64,000 bases of DNA from Acidimicrobiia bacterium (GTDB lineage: Bacteria; Actinomycetota; Acidimicrobiia; Spongiisociales; ZC4RG35), in NCBI GenBank assembly GCA_965203555.1, contig CBDBCY010000004.1, positions 777,434 to 841,433 of the forward strand. Direction: 5' to 3'. Shown one piece after another: positions 56,024 through 63,673 of this stretch. A program made the position numbers and the translations under genes. How positions within the stretch are numbered: position 1 is the stretch's first letter; the number at the start of each line of letters is the position of its first letter. The notes under the pieces were generated by a model. It searched no databases, was not told the DNA's origin, and saw only the letters and a list, made by a program, of their open reading frames with translations.

Positions 56024-57763
56024 GTCTGTCATCCCAACCCCGTACCCACTTGCGGACGAGGTCGCGATATTTTTCTTTGAGAAATCGTTGTGTAATGGTT
56101 GAAGTCTGTCTCAGGCCCGGTGCATATTGAATAGACAAACATGATTGCGGTCCGGACCGTGGTCATCAGATCGGTCTTGTTCTTGGTCGAGACGCTGGTT
56201 TGACAGTGTCCCCGAGGGCGGACTATCTAGCCGACAACTGATTATGTTTCGGGTTCGGACAGGCCTGCGCCTGTTCGCGCCTTTTGTGACGGTCAGGAGG
56301 CGGCGGGTCGGGAGGGGAAACCCAAAATAGGAGGGTGATGCCGCGGGGCAAGAGTGGGAAAACCGGATGGCAGGGGACCGGTGGCGGGTGGAGGATGGCG
56401 TCCCGGGTGGGAAGAGTCGGGGGAAGTGGTCTGTTTATTTTCGTTGTTTTATGGTGGGTCGGCGTTTGCGGGAGTAGCGGCTGTTGGGTCGGCGTTTGCG
56501 GGGGTAGCGGTGGGAGGTGTTTTGGCGGGATGGGCGTCCCCATTGGGTGGGTGGTCGGCGGAGGGTGTATCTTCCTGCTGGTGACTGGTGTACTGTCCAG
56601 TCGTTGTCGTGTACTTTGTGGTGGCATCTGCTGCACAGCAGGACGAGGTTGTCGATGTTGGTGGGGCCTCCGTCGGCCCAGTGGATGATGTGATGCGCCT
56701 GGCACCAGGCGGCTTTCGCTCCGCACCCGACACAGTGTTTGTCCCGGGCGATGAGCGCGGCGCGTTGGGCCGGGTTGGCTTTGCGTCGGGCCCGTCCCAG
56801 ATCCAGGGGTATCGAAGACCCCGAGAAGATGGCGGGCAGGACCTGCGCGTCACACGCCAGGTGGCGCAATGCCCGGGCGGGGATGGGGGTTCCATCGGAC
56901 AGACGGGCATTTTTCAGTTGTTGACCGATAGTGTCGTAATCGGCGATCAGCAACAACCGCACATCCTGGGAACGGCCGTCTTTTCCCTCCCGAGTAAGAA
57001 GTTTGGATAGGGCGTCGGCCATTCTCTGTCCCGATGTGGCCCGGTTCCGGGGGTCTTCTTTGTGCCATAGTTGTTTCATCATGTGTGACACGGCCGTTTC
57101 GACCCGAGCGCCGGTGACCGGATCGAACCTCCCGTAAAGGACGGTCATCCCGTCGTCTTGGTCGGTGGTGATCCTGGCGAACCGCCGCGACCGCTGATGC
57201 TCTAACTTCGACACACCATCATCTCGGGCACGCTGTTGTTCGTGTTTGCGGACCGTCGCCGCGAACTTGTCAGGAGACTGGGAACGAGCATCGTCCAGCA
57301 GTTCGTCTTCTGCTATGGTTCCCCGCTGGTTGGCACCGGCGATGATCCGCGCGTTGTCGTGGGAGATCTCACCTTTGCGTAACCCTTTTCGCGTTTTTGG
57401 TAGTTCTTCCAATGCTTTGGCGGTTTCTACTTCTGACCGTGCTTTCCGACGGCCCAGCAGACCGTCGGTTTGCAACACCGTTTCTACCACCTCGGTGCCT
57501 TCCCGGCGGCGCAACTCCGACACAATCTCGGCGCGGATCGCCGCTGCCTGGTTCTGAACGCGGACAGTGGACTTCAACCGCTGGCGCAACTGCTCCAACG
57601 AAGCCTCCGAAACCGGCAAAGAAGGCACCAACAAACGCACCCGGTTGGTCACGGATGTTCCGTTCACGTCTTTTCTGTTCATAGATACCAGTATGCACCA
57701 GGGGTGTGACAAACAATGCCATATATCACTAAGTTGTTAAAAGAAACACTATATGGGAAGGTC
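56024..57763 (-). mobile_element. candidate inserted element carrying a DUF222/HNH endonuclease gene
   Basis: The segment is bounded by the two 47-nt direct repeats. It contains one large gene (HNH) plus about 410 bp of apparently non-coding DNA and an AT-rich upstream stretch. It interrupts an otherwise direct pgpA-thioesterase junction. Confidence 0.55.
56435..57682 (-). CDS. HNH endonuclease with DUF222 N-terminal domain (REP13E12-like family)
   Basis: DUF222-type helical region followed by RDKHCVGCGAKAAWCQAHHIIHWADGGPTNIDNLVLLCSRCHHKVH. Basic R/K/P-rich tail. ATG 57682 is chosen; the ORF is open to a TTG at 57712. Confidence 0.9.
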   Translation of the reverse strand: MNRKDVNGTSVTNRVRLLVPSLPVSEASLEQLRQRLKSTVRVQNQAAAIRAEIVSELRRREGTEVVETVLQTDGLLGRRKARSEVETAKALEELPKTRKGLRKGEISHDNARIIAGANQRGTIAEDELLDDARSQSPDKFAATVRKHEQQRARDDGVSKLEHQRSRRFARITTDQDDGMTVLYGRFDPVTGARVETAVSHMMKQLWHKEDPRNRATSGQRMADALSKLLTREGKDGRSQDVRLLLIADYDTIGQQLKNARLSDGTPIPARALRHLACDAQVLPAIFSGSSIPLDLGRARRKANPAQRAALIARDKHCVGCGAKAAWCQAHHIIHWADGGPTNIDNLVLLCSRCHHKVHDNDWTVHQSPAGRYTLRRPPTQWGRPSRQNTSHRYPRKRRPNSRYSRKRRPTIKQRK

Positions 57764-57810
57764 AGCTTGGCGGTTGGATGGATCGCCCGACTTCGGCTAG
57801 TCTGATCGCA
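57764..57810 (+). repeat. direct repeat copy B (relic pgpA 3' end)
   Basis: agcttggcggttggatggatcgcccgacttcggctagtctgatcgca. In the pgpA register it reads SLAVGWIARLRLV* versus GLAVGWIVQLWLG* for copy A, with TGA at the same offset. Confidence 0.85.
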
Positions 57811-57846
57811 AGCCACCGGGCAACCAAGCTTCCACGGAGAGCGACG

Positions 57847-58647
57847 ATGACCGACTACCTATTCGATGCCGACACCCGTCACGCCTTGACTTCGGTCGGC
57901 GCCGGCGAGTTCACCGCCAAGGTCAGTTCCCACTGGAACATAGGAGGAGTGCCCAACGGTGGATTCTCGATGGCCCTGTGTCTCGCCGCTGCCATTCGGG
58001 AAGTCCCCCATACCGATCCCCTCTCCATGAGCACTCACTTCCTGGGGAAGACCATACCTGGCGAGGCAGCCATTCGGTGTCGGGTACTCAAGCGAGGTCG
58101 CAGTCTCTCGGTGACAGCGGTTGATCTCGTCCAGGGCGAACGGGTAACCATCAACTCTGTTATCACCTGGGGGGATCTGTCCAAGTTCACAGGACCCGAC
58201 GGACCGCCCCTACCGCCGCCGGACCTTCCGGCCGAAGCGGACATGCGCAGGGGTTTCCAAATGACGCCGGATTCGTCTTTCACCGAGAAATTCGACTATC
58301 TGATGCCCCACGACATAGCTCAGGGGGCCTCGGGCAGACCCACCGGCAGGGCACAGGCGAAGGGTCGGATGCGATTTGCGGACGGCCGCCCACCGGACCT
58401 GCTTTCCATGCCGCTGATCGCCGATGGTTTCCCGCCCGCCATCTTCCAACTCGGACACTACGGATGGGCGCCCACCCTAGAACTCACCATCCACTTCCGC
58501 GCCCGCCCGTGCCCGGGCTGGCTGACCGTCGATCAACGCGCCCGCCACCTCGTGAACGGCACCTTCGAAGAGGATTGCAACATCTGGGACTCCGACGGCA
58601 ACCTGGTCGCCATGTCCCGCCAACTAGGCCGAACTCTGACCGGATAA
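57847..58647 (+). CDS. acyl-CoA thioesterase (double hot-dog, TesB-like)
   Basis: From MTDYLFDADT...: WNIGGVPNGGFSMALCL. GGAGAG SD 5 nt upstream of the ATG. The upstream part of ORF 57778.. runs through repeat copy B. Confidence 0.82.
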   Translation: MTDYLFDADTRHALTSVGAGEFTAKVSSHWNIGGVPNGGFSMALCLAAAIREVPHTDPLSMSTHFLGKTIPGEAAIRCRVLKRGRSLSVTAVDLVQGERVTINSVITWGDLSKFTGPDGPPLPPPDLPAEADMRRGFQMTPDSSFTEKFDYLMPHDIAQGASGRPTGRAQAKGRMRFADGRPPDLLSMPLIADGFPPAIFQLGHYGWAPTLELTIHFRARPCPGWLTVDQRARHLVNGTFEEDCNIWDSDGNLVAMSRQLGRTLTG

Positions 58648-58710
58648 GACCAAGGGGATTCAAAGAGCGGGTTTTCACACCTTTTGTCTCCTACTGCTTA
58701 CAATGGCCTC

Positions 58711-59844
58711 ATGTTCAGGGAAAAGATCACGGAGCATGGACGGCGGGTTGAGACATTGCTCAAGGACTTTCCGGAAATCAAAAAACTCGAGGCCGCCACC
58801 AAAAACAGTCTGATCGAACCTCTTCTCCGGTGTCTTGGCTATGACACCGGCCATCCTCAACAGGTTGCACTGGAGGCGCTCACGGAACTTGGCGAAAGAA
58901 TCGATTATGTGCTGACCGGAGAGGCAAACGTCAAGATTGCAGTCGAAGCGAAGAAAGCCGGAAATCCGCTGTCCGTAAAGGAGACAAACCAACTGCGGTC
59001 TTACTTCACCTTCTCTGAAGCAGTGGCAGGCGTTCTGACCAACGGCATCGACGTCTGGCTCTTCACTGATCTGGACAAGGCCAACGTGATGGACGCCGAG
59101 CCCTATCTAATGGTGGACACCCGCAATGTCACTGATAACGACACATTCCATCTGGAAACGCTGACAAGAAGCCAAGTGAGCCAAACTGCTATTCACGAAC
59201 AGGCTCAGAGGGAGCGGTACAGAATACTGATCAACAAGATTGTGACCCAAGAGTTGGGCACCCCTTCCCAAGAATTTCTCAGGATGGTCGGCAAGAAGGC
59301 CGAGATAAAGCCACTTACCAAAGCCACCCTTGAGTCTATAAAACCTCTGGTAGCCGAAGCTATCGACCAAAGCCGGGGAGTCACCATCCCTTCCAACACA
59401 AAACCATCGCCGCCTGCAGGGCTAGATCCCAAACCTCCATCCCCCACTCCGCCAGCCTCCCCTCCTGCTAAGGACCCTCCCGAACTCGGACCTGGGAAAA
59501 GCCTACTTAACACTGTCCAGATTCAAAGAGCGACGCTGTTCGGGGAGGTTCTTCCTGCGAAGAGCTACAGACAGATGCTGCTAGCCGTGGTTGCCGAACT
59601 CCAGGCACGGCATCCAAACGAATTCCCGGACCGAGTCCGCAATAAGGACTTCAAGGGAAGACAATGGTGGTTCATTAGTAGGGATCAGAGCGACCTTAGC
59701 CCAAAACTCTCGAAAGCCAAGGTGGGTGAGTATTACGTTAATACAAATTTCAGCAGACTAGGATCGATTAAGCAGGCCCACCGATTCCTGATCGCCTTTG
59801 GCTACGGTGTCAAAGCGTTAGAAATCCGGACATCTGACGACTGA
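58711..59844 (+). CDS. HsdR-N-like PD-(D/E)XK nuclease-fold protein with proline-rich linker and uncharacterised C-terminal domain
   Basis: N-terminal SLIEPLLRCLGYD...GERIDYVLTGEANVKIAVEAKKAG (D...E-A-K motif, type I restriction enzyme R N-terminal-like). Linker PSPPAGLDPKPPSPTPPASPPAKDPP. C-terminal about 110 aa (QWWFISRDQSDL...GEYYVNTNFS) unassigned. AT-richer than its neighbours. The ORF is open from a TTG at 58684. Confidence 0.7.
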   Translation: MFREKITEHGRRVETLLKDFPEIKKLEAATKNSLIEPLLRCLGYDTGHPQQVALEALTELGERIDYVLTGEANVKIAVEAKKAGNPLSVKETNQLRSYFTFSEAVAGVLTNGIDVWLFTDLDKANVMDAEPYLMVDTRNVTDNDTFHLETLTRSQVSQTAIHEQAQRERYRILINKIVTQELGTPSQEFLRMVGKKAEIKPLTKATLESIKPLVAEAIDQSRGVTIPSNTKPSPPAGLDPKPPSPTPPASPPAKDPPELGPGKSLLNTVQIQRATLFGEVLPAKSYRQMLLAVVAELQARHPNEFPDRVRNKDFKGRQWWFISRDQSDLSPKLSKAKVGEYYVNTNFSRLGSIKQAHRFLIAFGYGVKALEIRTSDD

Positions 59845-59856
59845 TCCACCAGACCG

Positions 59857-61050
59857 CTAGCCAACGTATCTTGAGGCTTCGGTGGCTGGATCACCGATTG
59901 GCCTCCAGGCAAAAGCCTCCAGATAGGGGTTAGGGGTTCCTTCGATTGCATCTGCAATCAGACCGCCCAAGACGGGACCGAACTTGAAGCCGTGGCCGCT
60001 GCCGCCGCTGGCAACCGTCAAACCTTCAACCTCGGGATGTTGGCTGATCAGGAAGTTTCCGTCCCAGGTGTCCGTGTAGACACACATCTTCAGGGCATGA
60101 AGCGGGGCATCCGCCAGAACTGGCAGGGAGTGCGACAGAAAGTCCCGGCAATGGGCGACGTCTTCATCTCCGGGCGGAACGCGCGGTGCGTCCGCAGACA
60201 CAGAATACCCGGGCCCATGGACGCCGATCTTGACTACCCCCTCCCGGTTGGCGGGGAAACCGTACCAGCCGGTGGTGGCGATGTCTGCACCCCAGGGCGG
60301 AAATAGAGGAGGTCGGAAAGGCTCCGGGTCGGCCGGCTCGAAATAGAGGATCGGCTGGCCGGACAGTCGAAGGAAACCGTTCAGCTCCGGAAGAAGCGAG
60401 GGAGTCCACACTCCGGCCGCCACTACCACATGATCAGCCTTGATCTCCGTCCCGTCCTCGGTGACCACCCCCGAGACACCCCCACTTCCCACACTTATCG
60501 ACGACACCACCGCCGTCCTCAAACCGATTCCCCTAGCCGTGGCATCCCGTGCCAACAGGGCAACTACCGATCCTGCCTCCGCCCACCCTCCCCTCTGATT
60601 GAAATAGCCGTCGACGTAGTAGTCGGAATTCCATCCGGGATACCGGGAAGCTATCTCCGGTGACCCCAGCCTCTGCAACGAAAAACCCTCCTCGGAGAGA
60701 GTACGGTAGGAGTCACCCTCGAATCCCTCCTCCTCCAACGGCCTGCTACTAAGGAATAAAAGACCGTCCTGGTGATACAGGTCCCGTCCCCAGTGCGCAT
60801 TCCACCGGCGCCAACCGTCAATGGCTTCATTGGCCAGACGACAGTGCAACCGATCGTTCCCGTAGTCCGTCCTTACCATCCGGCTCACGTCATTGGAAGC
60901 CGCCGAGGGATGCGGTATGGGACCGGCGTTGACTACGGTGACCTGGTATCCCCTATCCGCCAACTCCAATGCCCCGGCCAGGCCAAAGATGCCCGCGCCG
61001 ACCATGACAACCGTTCGTCCACGAGCGGTAATCGAGGAAGAGTATCCCAT
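59857..61050 (-). CDS. FAD-dependent oxidoreductase (DAO family; sarcosine/N-methyl amino acid oxidase-like)
   Basis: 397 aa. VVMVGAGIFGLAGALELADRGYQVTVV dinucleotide-binding fold, C-terminal GGSGHGFKF. Confidence 0.85.
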   Translation of the reverse strand: MGYSSSITARGRTVVMVGAGIFGLAGALELADRGYQVTVVNAGPIPHPSAASNDVSRMVRTDYGNDRLHCRLANEAIDGWRRWNAHWGRDLYHQDGLLFLSSRPLEEEGFEGDSYRTLSEEGFSLQRLGSPEIASRYPGWNSDYYVDGYFNQRGGWAEAGSVVALLARDATARGIGLRTAVVSSISVGSGGVSGVVTEDGTEIKADHVVVAAGVWTPSLLPELNGFLRLSGQPILYFEPADPEPFRPPLFPPWGADIATTGWYGFPANREGVVKIGVHGPGYSVSADAPRVPPGDEDVAHCRDFLSHSLPVLADAPLHALKMCVYTDTWDGNFLISQHPEVEGLTVASGGSGHGFKFGPVLGGLIADAIEGTPNPYLEAFAWRPIGDPATEASRYVG

Positions 61051-61052
61051 GG

Positions 61053-62507
61053 CTAGGACCAGGTAATCATGGCCACGGCAGTGGTGCTGGCATACAGAAC
61101 CCGGCCTTCACCGGCGGCGCTGAGGAACATCCCGTTGGCGACTCTCGACCCGGTCGCCACCCTGTCGAGCAAGGCGCCGCTGGCAATGTCCACCACCACC
61201 AAGTCGTCAGATGGGGGGCCTCCCTCGGCGCTCACGTGGAAGTCGTTTATGACCAACTCGCCGGACTCGGGATAGACCACCGGTTGCATGGACGGTCTCA
61301 CATCAAGGTGCCATGCAACTTTCATGTCAGTGCCGCCGTTCCGGGAAGAGCACTCGATACCCGCCAAACCACCGTTCACCGAGTCCCAGGCTATAGCCAT
61401 ATCCAATCCCGGCTTGACCTGTGGTACGTGGACCGGAGGTGCGATAATGCCTCCCCCCGGCGTACCGAACGGCTCAATCGCTCCCCAGTCCTGGTCAGAA
61501 GTGAGGCTCACTCGGAACAAGCGCTGCGCTCCCGACCATGGCGCGGGGCGCCGCCACGAGAGTCTTCTGCCCGGAGAGACGCTGAACCGGCCGTTGGGCT
61601 CGGTGCCGTGAATGGCCCGGACGGACTCGATGTCCCCGCAATCCATGATCCAGCAGTGACCCGCAGAGAGACAACAATCCCAGGAAAGACCGAACTCACC
61701 GTTGAGCCGGCGGTAACGCGGCCGCCAAGTGCGGTCAATCTCCAGACCGCACCCACTGCCGTAGCCCAAAGAGCCGGCACCGTTGAAGTCAGCCACGACC
61801 AACCGCCAGACGTGCTCGGTCCCGGGGACGTAAATCAACTCCGTCTGCACACCGTCGATCTCAACCAGGTCGGCTGCGATCCGGCCCATCGATCCCTCCG
61901 GCAGCACCAGTGGTTCGCCCACCAACTCGAGCGACTCCGGTTCCAGCCGGGTGAGAGTGGTGCCTCCCTGTCCTTCCAGCCGCAGGTCCTTGGTGACTAT
62001 GGTTCCATCCCGCAGCGCCAGCATTCCGTTGTGCGAGCGGTCGACGGGAAGCCGACGCTCAGCCAAGACCGACAGGTCGAGGGGGTCGAGCTTGTGCAGG
62101 TAAGAGCCGTTGACGCTGTAGATGGCACCGTTGGCGTGGGCCAGTATCGATCCGCACCACACATGACTCCCGCAGGGAAGCCGAGGCGATACAGCTTCCG
62201 GCTCAAGCGCATCGACACCGGACCCACCCTCGCTCAGGTCGAGACGCTCCACCCACCCGTGGGGCTCGGGACCGCTGAAGGCCGGCATCGTCCCGCCCAG
62301 GTACCATTCACCCGGCGCCCGCTCCACGAACATCACGTTCCAGCGACCGTTCAGCCGAGTCACTACCGAAGCGGACCGGGAAGCGGCATCCAAACGTCCC
62401 ACGGCAGCCTTTTGCCGCCGGTTCCCGCCGCATTCCGCCGGCCATGGAGATGGCCAGTAGCCATCCCGCCCACCCGGTCGCCCTTCCAGGCGGTCCAGGG
62501 CCGTCAC
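61053..62507 (-). CDS. hypothetical 484-aa protein, probably all-beta (propeller-like), no family recognised
   Basis: Long ORF ending 3 nt before the oxidoreductase start. Rich in G/W/S/V with repeated short beta-strand-like segments (LYSVNGSYLHKLD, IVTKDLRLEG, LIYVPGTEHVWRLVV). No signal peptide is evident. Confidence 0.65.
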   Translation of the reverse strand: MTALDRLEGRPGGRDGYWPSPWPAECGGNRRQKAAVGRLDAASRSASVVTRLNGRWNVMFVERAPGEWYLGGTMPAFSGPEPHGWVERLDLSEGGSGVDALEPEAVSPRLPCGSHVWCGSILAHANGAIYSVNGSYLHKLDPLDLSVLAERRLPVDRSHNGMLALRDGTIVTKDLRLEGQGGTTLTRLEPESLELVGEPLVLPEGSMGRIAADLVEIDGVQTELIYVPGTEHVWRLVVADFNGAGSLGYGSGCGLEIDRTWRPRYRRLNGEFGLSWDCCLSAGHCWIMDCGDIESVRAIHGTEPNGRFSVSPGRRLSWRRPAPWSGAQRLFRVSLTSDQDWGAIEPFGTPGGGIIAPPVHVPQVKPGLDMAIAWDSVNGGLAGIECSSRNGGTDMKVAWHLDVRPSMQPVVYPESGELVINDFHVSAEGGPPSDDLVVVDIASGALLDRVATGSRVANGMFLSAAGEGRVLYASTTAVAMITWS

Positions 62508-62624
62508 CGTTCCATAGCCTCCTGTCTGACGGTCATCGCAAGTCCAGGCTACCCGCCGGTGGCGGAACTCCGTTCCACCGCCCCCTTCCGGAGGTCGATC
62601 CCGTGCCGAAGCGGACCCTTGTGT

Positions 62625-63524
62625 TCAGGCTGTTGTTGCCGGAACACCGTCCTGCAGTTGTTTCTTTTTCTTCTTCTTGGTCCTTGACCCCGGCTGGGGG
62701 ACATATAGATCGGGAACGAAGGCCTGTTCGGTGATGGGCGGACGGATGTATTCATCGCCGCTCTGTCGAGCCGGCAGGCTGAGTTCCGGAACTTCCACAT
62801 TGTGATAGGGGATGCTGCTCAGCAGATGGCTGATGCAGTTGAGCCGTGCCCGGCGTTTGTCGTCGGCATTCACCACGTTCCAGCGACAATCGATGATGTC
62901 GGTGTGTACGAACATGTCGTCCTTCGCCCTGGAATAGTCGATCCAGCGCTTCCTTGACTCCAGGTCCATCGGGCTCAGCTTCCACCGCCGCCGGGGATCC
63001 GTGAGCCGGGCTTGAAAACGGCTCTCCTGCTCCTCGTCGCTCACGGAGAACCAGTACTTGATGATCTGGATGCCGGAACGGATCAGCATACGTTCGAACT
63101 GTGGGCAGGACACCAGGAACTCCTGATACTCCTGCTCGGTACAGAATCCCATCACCCGCTCCACGCCGGCCCGGTTGTACCAGCTGCGGTCGAAGAGCAC
63201 CATCTCGCCCGCAGCGGGCAAGTGTGTCACATAGCGCTGGAAATACCACTGGGTCTTCTCACGCTCGGTGGGCACCCCGAGAGCCACCACCCGACAAACA
63301 CGGGGATTCAGTCTCTCAACGATCCGCTTTATCACTCCCCCCTTGCCGGCCGCGTCCCGACCCTCGCAAATCACCAGGACTTTGAGTCCCCGGTTGACAA
63401 TCCATCTTTGAAGCATCGCCAACTCTTCCTGCAGTCTGCGCAACTCTCGTTCGTAATACCTCCGCTCGAGCCTTCCCTTTGCTGTGTAGTTGGGTGGGCT
63501 CACTGAGGAATACATCCCGTTCAT
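62625..63524 (-). CDS. ppk2: polyphosphate kinase 2 (PPK2)
   Basis: 299 aa. VLVICEGRDAAGKGGVIKRI (Walker A), FDRSWYNRAGVERVMGF, RWKLSPMD. C-terminal KKKKKK tail. GAGAGGAGAG SD. Confidence 0.93.
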   Translation of the reverse strand: MNGMYSSVSPPNYTAKGRLERRYYERELRRLQEELAMLQRWIVNRGLKVLVICEGRDAAGKGGVIKRIVERLNPRVCRVVALGVPTEREKTQWYFQRYVTHLPAAGEMVLFDRSWYNRAGVERVMGFCTEQEYQEFLVSCPQFERMLIRSGIQIIKYWFSVSDEEQESRFQARLTDPRRRWKLSPMDLESRKRWIDYSRAKDDMFVHTDIIDCRWNVVNADDKRRARLNCISHLLSSIPYHNVEVPELSLPARQSGDEYIRPPITEQAFVPDLYVPQPGSRTKKKKKKQLQDGVPATTA

Positions 63525-63673
63525 TCTTCTCTCCTCTCGCCGGCTGCGTCGTCTCCCGTCGGCTAGAAGGGGGCTTTACCTGTCGCTGTCGGAGAGTAAC
63601 ACCAGGCGGCACTTCAACCTGCCGGGACGGGGGTTTTTTTGACGAGCCGGTTACAGCACGAATCCATGGCCTT

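Noticed and set aside
56025-56138. Start of ORF 55482..56138 (minus strand) reading MSIQYAPGLRQTSTITQRFLKEKYRDLVRKWVRGW
   Set aside because: The first approximately 38 codons look protein-like and could be the stump of a gene cut at the repeat boundary. The rest of the ORF is antisense to pgpA, and I recognise no family. That is not enough evidence to call a gene.
56223-56726. 167-aa proline-rich minus-strand ORF and the 117-aa + strand ORF 56335..56688
   Set aside because: They are alternative frames of the HNH gene's basic tail and of the non-coding part of the insert. Their extreme P/T/H or G/W/C composition makes them unlikely proteins.
61236-62687. 483-aa + strand ORF opposite the 484-aa hypothetical gene
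   Set aside because: Both strands are open here. The + frame is R/P/H-rich and runs into the PPK2 3' region. The minus frame has a balanced composition and a 3-nt junction with the oxidoreductase gene, so I kept the minus-strand call. This is the least certain strand choice in the window.
63601-63640. G-rich segment followed by a T7 run (gggacgggggttttttt) between the MT-A70 and PPK2 genes
   Set aside because: The T-run is on the + strand, where no gene ends. On the coding (minus) strand the A-run precedes any stem. I could find only a weak 5-bp stem, so I did not call a terminator.
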